Source: a virus (lineage: Duplodnaviria > Heunggongvirae > Uroviricota > Caudoviricetes). From it: a DNA stretch of 64,000 bases. The stretch lies in the IMG/VR virus record IMGVR_UViG_3300035498_001143, one strand, 5' to 3'. Made by a program: the position numbers and the translations under genes. Under the pieces are notes generated by a model. That model was not told the origin of the DNA. It did no database searches and saw only the letters and a list, made by a program, of their open reading frames with translations. Positions 48,939-58,948 of the stretch are shown here, piece by piece (within the stretch, counting starts at the first letter, position 1; the number at the start of each line of letters is the position of its first letter).

Positions 48939-49715
48939 ATGGAAATAAATAAAGTTTATAATATGGATTGTTTAGAGTTATTAAAAACAATAGATAAAAA
49001 TTCAATAGATTTAATTCTTATAGACCCACCATATTTAATTAGTCGTGATAGTCATTTTACCCAAGGTGCTAAAAATGATGAAATGAAAAGTAAATATGGA
49101 AAACATAAAATAGATTTTGGTGATTGGGATAAAGGAGAATTAAATCTTCAAAACATATTATCTGAAAGTTATAGAATATTAAAAGACAATGGTACTTTAA
49201 TAATGTTTTATGATTTTTGGAAAATGCAAGAAGTAAAAGAAACTGCTGAACAAATAAAATTTAAGCAACCAAGGTTAGGTATATTTAATAAAACTAATCC
49301 TGTACCTGTAAATGCTAAAATTAATTATTTATCTAATGCGAAAGAATTTTTTGTTACTTTTGTAAAGAAGTCAAAACCAACTTTTAATTCTTATTACGAT
49401 AATGCAGAATATTATTTATCTGAAAATTCAGAAGAAGCAGATACATATTATTTTCCAATAGTACACGGTAAAGAAAGAACTAAACACCCTACTCAAAAAC
49501 CATTATCTTTAATAAAAGATTTAATAAAGAAACATAGTAATGAAGATGATATAGTATTAGATTTCTTTGCAGGTAGTGGTACAACAGGAGTAGCTGCTTC
49601 TGAATTAAATAGAAATTATATATTATGTGAAATAAATAAAGAATATTATGAAATAATCAAAGAAAGATTATCTAAAGAAGAATTATCCAAAAAACCTTCT
49701 AAAGATATAAATTAA
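48939..49715 (+). CDS. N4/N6 DNA methyltransferase, beta class
   Basis: DLILIDPPY then HPTQKPLSLIKDLI...DFFAGSGTTGVAA. Confidence 0.75.
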   Translation: MEINKVYNMDCLELLKTIDKNSIDLILIDPPYLISRDSHFTQGAKNDEMKSKYGKHKIDFGDWDKGELNLQNILSESYRILKDNGTLIMFYDFWKMQEVKETAEQIKFKQPRLGIFNKTNPVPVNAKINYLSNAKEFFVTFVKKSKPTFNSYYDNAEYYLSENSEEADTYYFPIVHGKERTKHPTQKPLSLIKDLIKKHSNEDDIVLDFFAGSGTTGVAASELNRNYILCEINKEYYEIIKERLSKEELSKKPSKDIN

Positions 49716-49774
49716 GGAGAGCTTAACAAACTCTCTTTTTTTGTATATAAAGAAATAAGAAAGGAGAGTTGTAA

Positions 49775-50887
49775 ATGGAATATAAAAAATTTAACCCATT
49801 GCAAGTAAGTAGCAAATTTGCTATTTGTGGTTTACCAATTCGAGTAGACACTTATAGAACTTGTTCTTTCGGTTGTGAATATTGTTTTTCTAATTGTCGT
49901 AGTATTATGAAAACTTCTGATGTATTACAAATTGGTAATATTGATTCGGTTGAAAGAAAATTAGATAAGATATTTAATAAAAAGAAAATTATTAAAGATA
50001 ATTTTTTAGAAGTTTTAATTAGTAATAATTATACTTGGCATTGCGGTGGTATGAGTGACCCTTTTCAGCCTATTGAACAAGAATTAAATATTACTAAAGA
50101 TTTAATTGATGTTACTGCTAAATATAATATACATATTTTATTCAGTACAAAGTCTGATAATCTATATAATTGTAATTTAAATCCCGAATTACATACTTTT
50201 CAATTATCTGTAACTAATATAGAAAATAGAAAAGATTTTGAACCCAATGTTGCCGATATTGATAGTAGATATAAATTATATAGATATTTGAAAGATAATG
50301 GTTTTAAAGTTGGAATAAGAATACAACCTTTTATACCTAATGTAACTAATTTAAATATTATAGATAAGTTTATTGATGCAGATAACTTTACAATAGAGGG
50401 ATTAAAATTATTACCATCAAATAAAGAATATCTTTTAGAAAAAACAAACTTAAAATCATCAGATTTCACGCAAATGGGATTGTTAAATTTAAAACCTGAA
50501 ATAAGGCTTGAATTATATAAACCATTTATTAAAAAATTAGAAGAAAATAATATCCAATATAGTATAGCAGATAACGATTTACACCAATATGGAACAAATA
50601 AATGTTGTTGTGGGGATAGTCTGATAAATAAAAGTACAGAATTTAATAATACATATATGTTACATAAATTCGGTATGGATTATACAAAAGAACAAGTTTT
50701 TGATGAATTATCTAATTGTAATATTGCTAATTGTAAGTGTTATAATTTATTTAATTCAAATAGACGAGAGGGTTGCAAAACAGTAAAAGAGTTTTTTGAT
50801 AAAAGATTTGATAGAAAAAGTAGTCCTTTTAGTCCTGAATTTCTTTTCAAAGATATTTCTAATAATTCATCAGAAGATAATATTTAA
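49775..50887 (+). CDS. radical SAM enzyme (spore-photoproduct-lyase/DNA-photolyase-like family is a guess)
   Basis: CSFGCEYCF = CxxxCxxC cluster near the N-terminus; 370 aa. Confidence 0.55.
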   Translation: MEYKKFNPLQVSSKFAICGLPIRVDTYRTCSFGCEYCFSNCRSIMKTSDVLQIGNIDSVERKLDKIFNKKKIIKDNFLEVLISNNYTWHCGGMSDPFQPIEQELNITKDLIDVTAKYNIHILFSTKSDNLYNCNLNPELHTFQLSVTNIENRKDFEPNVADIDSRYKLYRYLKDNGFKVGIRIQPFIPNVTNLNIIDKFIDADNFTIEGLKLLPSNKEYLLEKTNLKSSDFTQMGLLNLKPEIRLELYKPFIKKLEENNIQYSIADNDLHQYGTNKCCCGDSLINKSTEFNNTYMLHKFGMDYTKEQVFDELSNCNIANCKCYNLFNSNRREGCKTVKEFFDKRFDRKSSPFSPEFLFKDISNNSSEDNI

Positions 50888-50895
50888 AAAATATA

Positions 50896-50924
50896 TTGAC
50901 AAACCATAAAACTTATGGTATAAT
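50896..50924 (+). promoter_or_regulatory. sigma70 promoter TTGACA-17-TGnTATAAT
   Basis: Exact consensus upstream of clpP. Confidence 0.6.
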
Positions 50925-50965
50925 AAGTCGTTGGTAAAAATAAAAACAAAGGAGGACTAAATTTT

Positions 50966-51544
50966 ATGTTAGTACCTATTGTAGTTGAAAAAGAGGGTGC
51001 AGGAGAAAGGTCTTACGATATTTATAGTAGACTTTTAAAAGATAGAATTATACTGATAACAGAAGAAATTACTGATAGTTTAGCTTCTGTTGTAGTTGCA
51101 CAGTTGTTATTCTTACAATCCGAAGACCCAAATAAAGACATAAATGTATATATTATGTCACCAGGTGGTTCAGTAACAGCAGGGTTAGCTATATTTGATA
51201 CAATGAAAACATTATCTTGTGATGTTTCCACTATTTGTATGGGTATGGCAGCAAGTATGGGTGCATTTTTGCTTGCAGGTGGCACAAAGGGTAAGAGATA
51301 TGCTTTATCCAATGCTGAAATTATGATACATCAACCTTTGGGTGGTGCTCAAGGTCAAGCAACAGATATCTTAATTAGAGCTGATAATATAAAGAAATGT
51401 AGAGATAGATTAGAAAGACACTTAGCTAACTTTACAGGACAGACACTTAATAAAGTACATAAAGATTGCGAAAGAGATAACTTTATGACAGCAGAAGAAG
51501 CTAAAGCATATGGTTTGATTGATGAAATCATTGAACCTAAATAA
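50966..51544 (+). CDS. clpP: ATP-dependent Clp protease proteolytic subunit
   Basis: [14 protein letters not shown]...[14 protein letters not shown] with catalytic Ser in GxSxG-like context, His in IMIHQP. Confidence 0.9.
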   Translation: MLVPIVVEKEGAGERSYDIYSRLLKDRIILITEEITDSLASVVVAQLLFLQSEDPNKDINVYIMSPGGSVTAGLAIFDTMKTLSCDVSTICMGMAASMGAFLLAGGTKGKRYALSNAEIMIHQPLGGAQGQATDILIRADNIKKCRDRLERHLANFTGQTLNKVHKDCERDNFMTAEEAKAYGLIDEIIEPK

Positions 51545-51561
51545 TAAGGGGGTAGATAATA

Positions 51562-52824
51562 ATGGCGAAGAAAACTGAAAGTACAGAAAAGTCACCAAAG
51601 TGTGTATTTTGTGGAAGAACAAGTGAACAAATTGGTGACAGTATTTTTATCCAAAGTCCTTTAAATGAACACGATTGTATTTGTTCTGATTGTTTGAACG
51701 AAGCACATCAACTTTTGATGAATGAAAATCAAATTGATTTGGGTACAGATGAGGTTAAGGCTAAAGAAGCTATTAAGATTGCAATGCAATTACCAAAGCC
51801 TATTGAAATTAAAGATTTTCTTGACGATTATATTGTAGGTCAGGATAAGGCTAAGAAAACGATATCTGTTGCTACATATAATCATTATAAGAGAATTACA
51901 AGTAAAATCTTGGGTGATGAAATCCAAAAGAGTAATGTATTATTGCTTGGTCCAACTGGTAGCGGAAAAACATTAATAGCTAAAACAATAGCTAAGATGT
52001 TAGATTTACCTTTTGCAATTGCTGATGCAACTTCATTAACAGAAGCAGGTTATGTTGGTGAGGACGTAGAAAATATATTATTAAAACTTATTCAGGCAGC
52101 TGATGGTAATATTGAGCTTGCTGAAAGAGGTATAATATTTATTGATGAAATTGATAAGCTTGCAAGAAAAACTCAAAATGTATCTATTACAAGAGATGTA
52201 AGTGGTGAGGGTGTTCAGAACGCTTTACTTAAAATTATTGAGGGTACAGTAGCAAATGTTCCACCTCAGGGCGGTAGAAAACATCCCAATCAGGAGTTTA
52301 TAAAAATTGATACAAGTAATATCTTATTTATCTGCGGTGGTGCTTTCCAAGGTATTGAAAAGATTATCAAGCAGAGATTAGGTAAAAAGACTATTGGCTT
52401 TAATAAAGAAAGTATTATTACTACTGATGAAGAATACTTAAAGTTCTTACAGCCTGAGGATTTAATTCAGTATGGTTTAATTCCTGAATTTATCGGTAGA
52501 CTTCCTGTTATTAGTACACTTGATAAGTTGACAGAAGATGCACTTGTTAAGATTTTAACAGAACCTAAAGATTCACTTGTATCTCAGTATCAAAAGTTGT
52601 TTGCTATTGATGATATTGAACTTACTTTTACAGACGAAGCACTTAAACTTATTGCTAACATTGCAATTAAGCGTGATTTAGGTGCAAGAGGTCTTAGAAG
52701 TATTATGGAAGAAATTATGGAAGATGTAATGTTTACTTCTCCATCAGATGACCTTGAATTTATTGAAATTACAGAAGATTTTGTTAGAGAAAATTTAGTA
52801 AATGATATTAAAGAAGAAGCTTAA
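51562..52824 (+). CDS. clpX: ATP-dependent Clp protease ATP-binding subunit ClpX
   Basis: N-terminal C4 zinc domain (CVFCGR...CSDC), Walker A GPTGSGKT, Walker [14 protein letters not shown] pore loop, sensor motifs. Confidence 0.9.
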   Translation: MAKKTESTEKSPKCVFCGRTSEQIGDSIFIQSPLNEHDCICSDCLNEAHQLLMNENQIDLGTDEVKAKEAIKIAMQLPKPIEIKDFLDDYIVGQDKAKKTISVATYNHYKRITSKILGDEIQKSNVLLLGPTGSGKTLIAKTIAKMLDLPFAIADATSLTEAGYVGEDVENILLKLIQAADGNIELAERGIIFIDEIDKLARKTQNVSITRDVSGEGVQNALLKIIEGTVANVPPQGGRKHPNQEFIKIDTSNILFICGGAFQGIEKIIKQRLGKKTIGFNKESIITTDEEYLKFLQPEDLIQYGLIPEFIGRLPVISTLDKLTEDALVKILTEPKDSLVSQYQKLFAIDDIELTFTDEALKLIANIAIKRDLGARGLRSIMEEIMEDVMFTSPSDDLEFIEITEDFVRENLVNDIKEEA

Positions 52825-52848
52825 TTGTAGAAAAAGGAGTGTTTGTTT

Positions 52849-53163
52849 ATGAAACCACCTGTTAAAGTACCATTGCCACCAGAAGAAATCAATAAAAACA
52901 AGAGAGATAAAAGAGTTAAGAAAAATAGAGCAGCTCAAAGAAGATTTGCTAAGAAGCTTGACTTTTTTGAAATCCTTGGTGGTATTTTCTGTATTATTGC
53001 TTTTTGGGGAACAAGATTTTTAGAGTTAGATATAAACGGTCAGGTTTTTTGTTTTGCAATAGCAGCTTTAGTGATTTTACTTATTGTTGTAATCTTAGAA
53101 TGGATGAAACACATTTTGAATTTACTTATTGATATAAGACAAAAGCTTTATGAAAATAAGTAA
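52849..53163 (+). CDS. small membrane protein with basic N-terminus
   Basis: ATG after RBS aaaaggag; two TM helices. Confidence 0.4.
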   Translation: MKPPVKVPLPPEEINKNKRDKRVKKNRAAQRRFAKKLDFFEILGGIFCIIAFWGTRFLELDINGQVFCFAIAALVILLIVVILEWMKHILNLLIDIRQKLYENK

Positions 53164-53286
53164 TATTTAACAATTATTAAGGGAGATATTTATGATAATA
53201 TCTTCCTTATTTTTTAGCAAAATAACTATATAAATTATATCAATATATGTATTGTTAAAATAAATAAAGCAAGATGGGAGGTATTT

Positions 53287-53757
53287 ATGTATATATATGT
53301 GTTGTTTTTTATTGGATTTATTATAGTATTAAATGTTTTTCTTTACCGAATGGTACAATATAATAAGAAGAGAGCTAAAGAATATGAGAAAGTTAAAAAT
53401 AGTATAAAAAATACCTTGAAGAAATATGATGAAATAAAAGATAAAATGCCTGATTATACATATTTGAGAAAAAACTTAATAAGTAATATTTCTATTTTGC
53501 AAGATGTAATAGAATATAATGTACCAATTACTCTTATTGAGGTTGAACAATTCAGTGTTCATCAAATGAAACAAATACAATATGAATTAGCATATAACGA
53601 ATTTCCCAAAGAACTGATAAACTTTTTGGATAAATTGGAATACTTATTTATATTGTTAGATATAACAAATCATCCATATAGGACATTATTAAAATCTATT
53701 TTTAAAACTGATAAAAAATCAAATATAGTTTTTCATTATATCTACATTAAAAATTAA
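53287..53757 (+). CDS. hypothetical membrane-anchored protein
   Basis: ORF with N-terminal TM. Confidence 0.4.
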   Translation: MYIYVLFFIGFIIVLNVFLYRMVQYNKKRAKEYEKVKNSIKNTLKKYDEIKDKMPDYTYLRKNLISNISILQDVIEYNVPITLIEVEQFSVHQMKQIQYELAYNEFPKELINFLDKLEYLFILLDITNHPYRTLLKSIFKTDKKSNIVFHYIYIKN

Positions 53758-53894
53758 GATTATAAATATCTAATTATTAAATAATATTATTTATTAAGCA
53801 TAGGTAATTAACCCTATGCTTTTTTCATTATTTTAATGTTTTAAAAACATATTTATTATATAAATAATTTAATAAAGGAGATAATCAAGAATGT

Positions 53895-54890
53895 ATGTAT
53901 AGCGGAAGTATGTGTAAAAACACTAAGGATATGGAAGAAATTATAAATATCATTTTAGACAATAATAGTTTCTTATTGATGGCTCACAACAGCCCTGATG
54001 GTGATGCTTTAGGTTCTTTAGTTGCGTTAGAAGAAGTTTTAAAAAAGCTTGATAAAGAAGTATTAGTAGTTTTTCAAAATAAAGTTCCAAATCATTATGC
54101 GAGTATTATAGGCAAGAAAAGAGTAAATAAAATTATAACTCCCAAAAAGTATTATGATGTTTTAATTGTTTTAGATTGTTCGGATATAGATAGAATTTAT
54201 GAAGAAGCATTAGATTATGCTGATAGAAAAATAGTAATAGACCATCATATTTCAAATTATGTTATGCAAAATATTTTTGATATAATATATATAGATGATG
54301 TAAGTTCCACTGGTATGATTTTATATGAAGTAATAAAAACGATAGAAAACAAAACGGATAAAGGATTAATTGATTCATTCATCGCTACTTGTTTATACTT
54401 AACAATAAGAAGCGATACAGGTAATTTTCAAAATAATAGCACAAATGTTATGGCACATTATATTTCAAGCAAGTTATTAGAGTATAATGCTGATATTACG
54501 ATAGTAAATCAAATCTATAAGAATAGGGACTTCTCATTGTTAAAACTTATGGGAATCTGTTTTCAATCAATTTATGTTGACTATAATAATAAATTGTTAT
54601 ATTTAATAGTAAAAAGAGAAGATATAAAGAAAGCAGGTTCTACTTATGAAGAAGCAAGCAGTTTAATAGATTACATAAGAAATATTAATGGTATTGATAC
54701 ATATTTGTTGTTTCTTGAAGATACTAATAACGTAAAAATAAAGGCAAGGTCAGAAACTAAAGACGTAGCCAAATTGATGAATACTTTCAATGGGGGTGGT
54801 CATATAGGTGCAGCTGGTGCTGTTATCTATGGTAACAACGTGTACAATATCTCTAACAAGGTAATTAATGAATTTAAAAAGAATAATTAA
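53895..54890 (+). CDS. DHH-family phosphoesterase (NrnA-like oligoribonuclease/pAp phosphatase)
   Basis: HNSPDGDALGS (motif I-II), VLDCSD, DHH (IDHH), and a C-terminal DHHA1 GGGH motif. Confidence 0.75.
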   Translation: MYSGSMCKNTKDMEEIINIILDNNSFLLMAHNSPDGDALGSLVALEEVLKKLDKEVLVVFQNKVPNHYASIIGKKRVNKIITPKKYYDVLIVLDCSDIDRIYEEALDYADRKIVIDHHISNYVMQNIFDIIYIDDVSSTGMILYEVIKTIENKTDKGLIDSFIATCLYLTIRSDTGNFQNNSTNVMAHYISSKLLEYNADITIVNQIYKNRDFSLLKLMGICFQSIYVDYNNKLLYLIVKREDIKKAGSTYEEASSLIDYIRNINGIDTYLLFLEDTNNVKIKARSETKDVAKLMNTFNGGGHIGAAGAVIYGNNVYNISNKVINEFKKNN

Positions 54891-54918
54891 GAAAATTTTA
54901 AAAAATTATAAATTTGTA

Positions 54919-54947
54919 GTTGACAGAAATTTTTTCCTGTGTTATAA
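54919..54947 (+). promoter_or_regulatory. sigma70 promoter TTGACA-17-TGnTATAAT
   Basis: Exact consensus, followed by an ~290-nt untranslated leader. Confidence 0.6.
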
Positions 54948-55239
54948 TACCCTTGTAGTCCGATAAATTTTTAAAAGTTTACCTGAACTATAAAAAACAC
55001 TTTATTAAATGATTTATTTAATGTTTTTAGAGTAATTATATTGAACGGAAACTATATACTACAATTAAGAAAAAATACTTTTAAAAACATTTTTATAAAG
55101 AATTACATTGATGTATTAACTTATTTCGTTCCTCAACCATGGTACGGGAAGTATTTAAGTAAATTACTATATATGCTTTAATTTTTAATAAAAATGAATT
55201 AGAAGTATTTTTTTGTCTCAAGAAAGGAAAATAAGAACT

Positions 55240-55479
55240 ATGAAGATGGAAACTATTGAAAAATTAGATATAAAAAACTTTGAACCTGAAACAGAAAAAG
55301 CTGAAAATGCTTTAAATATTATTAAATCAAATGATTTAGTAGATAAGTTTAATATGTATGCAAAAAAGATTTTAGGATATCCTGATAATTTCGATATCTT
55401 AATAACAAATAATATAGTAAACAAGATTATGGAAAGTAATGCTGATGATTTCTTAAAAATTCATCAAATTATTGCTTAA
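55240..55479 (+). CDS. hypothetical protein
   Basis: ATG after RBS aaaggaaa. Confidence 0.35.
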   Translation: MKMETIEKLDIKNFEPETEKAENALNIIKSNDLVDKFNMYAKKILGYPDNFDILITNNIVNKIMESNADDFLKIHQIIA

Positions 55480-55609
55480 TTTTTTTTGCTTAAAAAATAA
55501 GAAATATTGTTAAAAATGATTTAATTTTTAGCAATAAACATATAAAATAATCTTTTATTTATTTTTATAAAAATGGTATATTAATGTTTTTATATATAGG
55601 AGAAAAAGT

Positions 55610-56284
55610 ATGAAAAGATTGATAAAGAAAATTAAAAATAATAAAAGATTGCAATATAATAAAAAAAAGATATTCAAACAATCAAGTCTTACAAAAACCG
55701 CTGATTGGAAAGATGTTGATGTAAGAACTAATGATATAACAATTATATTAACAGATGCAATGATACAAAACTCTGTTGTTAAAATAAATTATGAGAATAG
55801 TGGATGGAGAAATATATTGCCTTATGGTTGGTATGTTTCTAAGGAAGATAATATATTAGTATATTGTTATAAAGAAAACTCTGCAATCCGCTCATATCGA
55901 TTAGATAGAATAATTGATTTATATATTGATGATGCTTTAGATACGGCAATAAATGAGAAAGTAGAAGAAACAAATCCTATGGATTTTGAGATAATGGAAT
56001 TGCCTGAAAATAATGAAGAAATATTAGAATTATCTGAAAGTGAAGAGGGTGACGAAACACCATTTGAATCTCCTGTTGATGAATCATTACAAATGCTCAG
56101 TGATGCTATGAATGATGAGCAGACAATTGATAATCAAGAAGATTTACAGAATAATGACTTAGCAGATAATTCAGAAGAAATAGATAACAACGATTTACAG
56201 CAGAGCATTGAAGAATTAGAGAACAATCAAGAAGAACAGCAAGAAATAAATGAAGATATTGCAGAAGAAATATCAAATATGTAA
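55610..56284 (+). CDS. hypothetical protein with acidic C-terminal tail (WYL-like N-terminal segment is a weak guess)
   Basis: ...SYRLDRII... then a 100-aa D/E/Q-rich tail. Confidence 0.35.
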   Translation: MKRLIKKIKNNKRLQYNKKKIFKQSSLTKTADWKDVDVRTNDITIILTDAMIQNSVVKINYENSGWRNILPYGWYVSKEDNILVYCYKENSAIRSYRLDRIIDLYIDDALDTAINEKVEETNPMDFEIMELPENNEEILELSESEEGDETPFESPVDESLQMLSDAMNDEQTIDNQEDLQNNDLADNSEEIDNNDLQQSIEELENNQEEQQEINEDIAEEISNM

Positions 56285-56301
56285 GTAGGTGAAACATAAT
56301 A

Positions 56302-56460
56302 ATGGATAAGAATTATGGTTTGACTAAGGACTATAACGAGGGAGTAAAAGATAAATCTCCTGATTGGATGGATGACTTCTTTAAAAATGCAAATAAAGAA
56401 GAAAAGAAAGAAAATCCATTCAAAGATGTAGATAATTTTTTGAACATAGGGTTAAAGTAA
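56302..56460 (+). CDS. small hypothetical protein (52 aa)
   Basis: ATG after RBS; below ORF-track cutoff. Confidence 0.25.
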   Translation: MDKNYGLTKDYNEGVKDKSPDWMDDFFKNANKEEKKENPFKDVDNFLNIGLK

Positions 56461-56482
56461 AAGGAAGAAGGAAACGAGCAAA

Positions 56483-57202
56483 ATGATTAGTATTGGTTTT
56501 AGTGGATTAAGAATTGTAAATAATAAGAAGAAGAAAGTAAAATTGATTGATATTTTTAAGAAGATATTTAATAGTAAAGAGAATAAATCAAAAGATGATA
56601 AATTAAATGGTTTAATTAAGGAATATCAGAAAACAAGAAATGAAGATGTATTTGCTCAGATTTATAAGATTTATGAACCAATTATTTTAAATATGTCAAA
56701 AGGTAAGGACGAAGTAAATATAAATTATGAATCGGAACTAAACCTTGCACTATTTAATGCGGTTTTGAATTATGACACAGAAAATAGAACCAATGCCACA
56801 TTTAAGACTTATTTTATTAAATGTGCTAAGAATCAAGTTAATGTAATTAATTTAGGATTAAATGCTCAAAAAAGAAAAAGTATGAAAGGTTGCTTATCTA
56901 TGCAATCTAATAATAAGATAAACGAAAAAGGTGAAGAATTAACATTGGAGAATGTTATTGAAGATGTTTCAGCGGCTAATAGTTTTCAAGAAATTGAACG
57001 TAATGCTGTTTTAGATACTGTTATGAGTTTATTAAGGGAAGATGAGAAAAAGGCTGTAACTTTGATTATGCAAGGCTATACTCTTAAAGAAATTGGAGAG
57101 AAATTAGGTAATATTTCTGCCCCTGCTATTCATTCTAAACTTAAAAGATTAGCTAATAATAGCGTTATAGCTGCTAATATTGCTTCACTAAGATATTGTT
57201 AG
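56483..57202 (+). CDS. sigma-70-family-like factor (phage sigma)
   Basis: Region-2-like ...YKIYEPIILNM... and region-4 HTH LKEIGEKLGNISAPAIHSKLKRL. Confidence 0.5.
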   Translation: MISIGFSGLRIVNNKKKKVKLIDIFKKIFNSKENKSKDDKLNGLIKEYQKTRNEDVFAQIYKIYEPIILNMSKGKDEVNINYESELNLALFNAVLNYDTENRTNATFKTYFIKCAKNQVNVINLGLNAQKRKSMKGCLSMQSNNKINEKGEELTLENVIEDVSAANSFQEIERNAVLDTVMSLLREDEKKAVTLIMQGYTLKEIGEKLGNISAPAIHSKLKRLANNSVIAANIASLRYC

Positions 57203-57236
57203 GAAAGTATTTTAAAATATTTGATAAGGACTGATA

Positions 57237-57440
57237 TTGATGATTCCAAAGTTTAACCGTATGGAATATAATAAAATTATAAATAACTCTATGTATGAAG
57301 AAGATGTATTATCTGAATTAAAATATAAAGATTTATGTATGTCAGATAAAGGCAGAAATGTAAGTTATGATGATTTAAAAATAGTTGATTTTGAAGTATC
57401 AGAAGCCGAAGAAGATAAATATTTATTTGAGGAAAAATGA
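57237..57440 (+). CDS. hypothetical protein
   Basis: ORF. Confidence 0.3.
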   Translation: MMIPKFNRMEYNKIINNSMYEEDVLSELKYKDLCMSDKGRNVSYDDLKIVDFEVSEAEEDKYLFEEK

Positions 57441-57459
57441 ATATAAATATAAGCCTATG

Positions 57460-57490
57460 TATTAATTTACATAGGCTTTTTTTATTGAAA
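57460..57490. terminator. bidirectional terminator between convergent blocks
   Basis: aagcctatgta...tacataggctt plus T7. Confidence 0.6.
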
Positions 57491-57496
57491 AATATA

Positions 57497-57751
57497 TCAT
57501 ATAGCAACTCTTTCCTTGCTTAATATATCATTAATATATTTATGTTCTGCTTTTAAAGCCTCAGAACGCTTTGTAAATGGTCCTAATACTGGTCCGCCTA
57601 TTGGTGATAAATCAGCACTCCAACCGCCATCACAAGGCTCTACGTGGCTTGCACGTTTGATTGTGCTATCTCCTAATTCTTCAAGTTCAAGTTCTTCATT
57701 GTAAATGCTCTGTACTTCACCATTATCGTTAAATGATAATACTAATTCCAT
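57497..57751 (-). CDS. hypothetical protein
   Basis: Minus ORF; locally higher GC. Confidence 0.4.
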   Translation of the reverse strand: MELVLSFNDNGEVQSIYNEELELEELGDSTIKRASHVEPCDGGWSADLSPIGGPVLGPFTKRSEALKAEHKYINDILSKERVAI

Positions 57752-57765
57752 AGTTATTCTCCTTT

Positions 57766-58200
57766 CTATATTTCTTTTAATGTTTGTAAAGAGATAATAG
57801 TTCTTCTTCTCTTTTTCTTTTTGATGAATATATTACTTTCAGTTTCTTTATTGTTTATTTTCTTAACTACTTTTTCTTTCTTTACTTTTTCTTGAACCTG
57901 CATTTCTTGAATATTATTCATACGTTTTACTTGTATATTTGTAATATTTATTGCATTAAATTTATATTCCAAATAACATATATTTTGAAATATATCATCG
58001 AGTTTATAATTAGGATATCTATTTAAAATAAACTCAATAGCTATTAAACCATCCTGCGTAGGTATTGTATTAACATCTACAATTTCATATATCTGTAAAC
58101 GAGAAATGATACATTCAATTATATCATTTATACTAAAATTACCACCATTATGTTTTGTATTAGAACAATAAAAAAATTCAATAATTGCTTTTTTCATCAA
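57766..58200 (-). CDS. paralog family member 4 (ferredoxin-like N-domain plus KKKKRRRTIISLQT tail)
   Basis: Shares its N-terminal pattern and C-terminal basic motif with the next three genes. Confidence 0.45.
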   Translation of the reverse strand: MMKKAIIEFFYCSNTKHNGGNFSINDIIECIISRLQIYEIVDVNTIPTQDGLIAIEFILNRYPNYKLDDIFQNICYLEYKFNAINITNIQVKRMNNIQEMQVQEKVKKEKVVKKINNKETESNIFIKKKKRRRTIISLQTLKEI

Positions 58201-58221
58201 ATTTCTTCCTTTCTACAATTT

Positions 58222-58653
58222 TCATAAATCCTGTATTGTACTTAAAGAAACTATTGTTCTTCTTTTGTTTTTCTTTGTTGCTTCTTTTGAAATAGTGCTT
58301 TTTGAAGAAATATCTTCTGAATAATTATCCTCTATAATATCTTTTTCGTTACTATTTTCATTTTCATCAGGAGTTAATGCAATATCTATTATACTTATTA
58401 ACATATATTTGTTTGGCTTGAAATCTTGAAAACTATCTATTATATCGTTAAGAGTACAATTAGAATGTACGTCTAACATAAATTCCAATGTAATTATATT
58501 ATTTCTAAAGTCTTGCTCTCCTATGTTATGCCTTACTATTTTAAAGTTTTGTAATATACGGATAAATTCATCTATAGTTTCCAATACACAAAAAGAATAT
58601 CTGCTTTCTATTTTTAAACTATAAAAGAACTTAATAGTTAGTGTCTTAAACAT
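58222..58653 (-). CDS. paralog family member 3 (KKNKRRTIVSLST tail)
   Basis: As above. Confidence 0.45.
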   Translation of the reverse strand: MFKTLTIKFFYSLKIESRYSFCVLETIDEFIRILQNFKIVRHNIGEQDFRNNIITLEFMLDVHSNCTLNDIIDSFQDFKPNKYMLISIIDIALTPDENENSNEKDIIEDNYSEDISSKSTISKEATKKNKRRTIVSLSTIQDL

Positions 58654-58657
58654 TTAA

Positions 58658-58948
58658 TCATTCCCTTCTATATGGTACTATTTTTCTTCTTTTATTTAAT
58701 TTAGGTTCTTTTGATTCAATTTCATTATATGCTACAACTTCAATATTGGGTATTTCGTTTAATTCTTTAGCAACGCTCTCCATATTACATTCATATTTTA
58801 AAACAATATTTAATGTAAATATTTTATCTTTCATATTATGATTTGTTTGTACAATGTTCTGAACAGAGAATCTTTTTAATTTATCTTCAATTATGAATAA
58901 AACTCTCCTATCAATTCTCTTATATTTAAACTCCACTTCCACTATCAT
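58658..58948 (-). CDS. paralog family member 2 (LNKRRKIVPY tail)
   Basis: As above; the start is trimmed to an internal Met to limit overlap. Confidence 0.4.
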   Translation of the reverse strand: MIVEVEFKYKRIDRRVLFIIEDKLKRFSVQNIVQTNHNMKDKIFTLNIVLKYECNMESVAKELNEIPNIEVVAYNEIESKEPKLNKRRKIVPYRRE

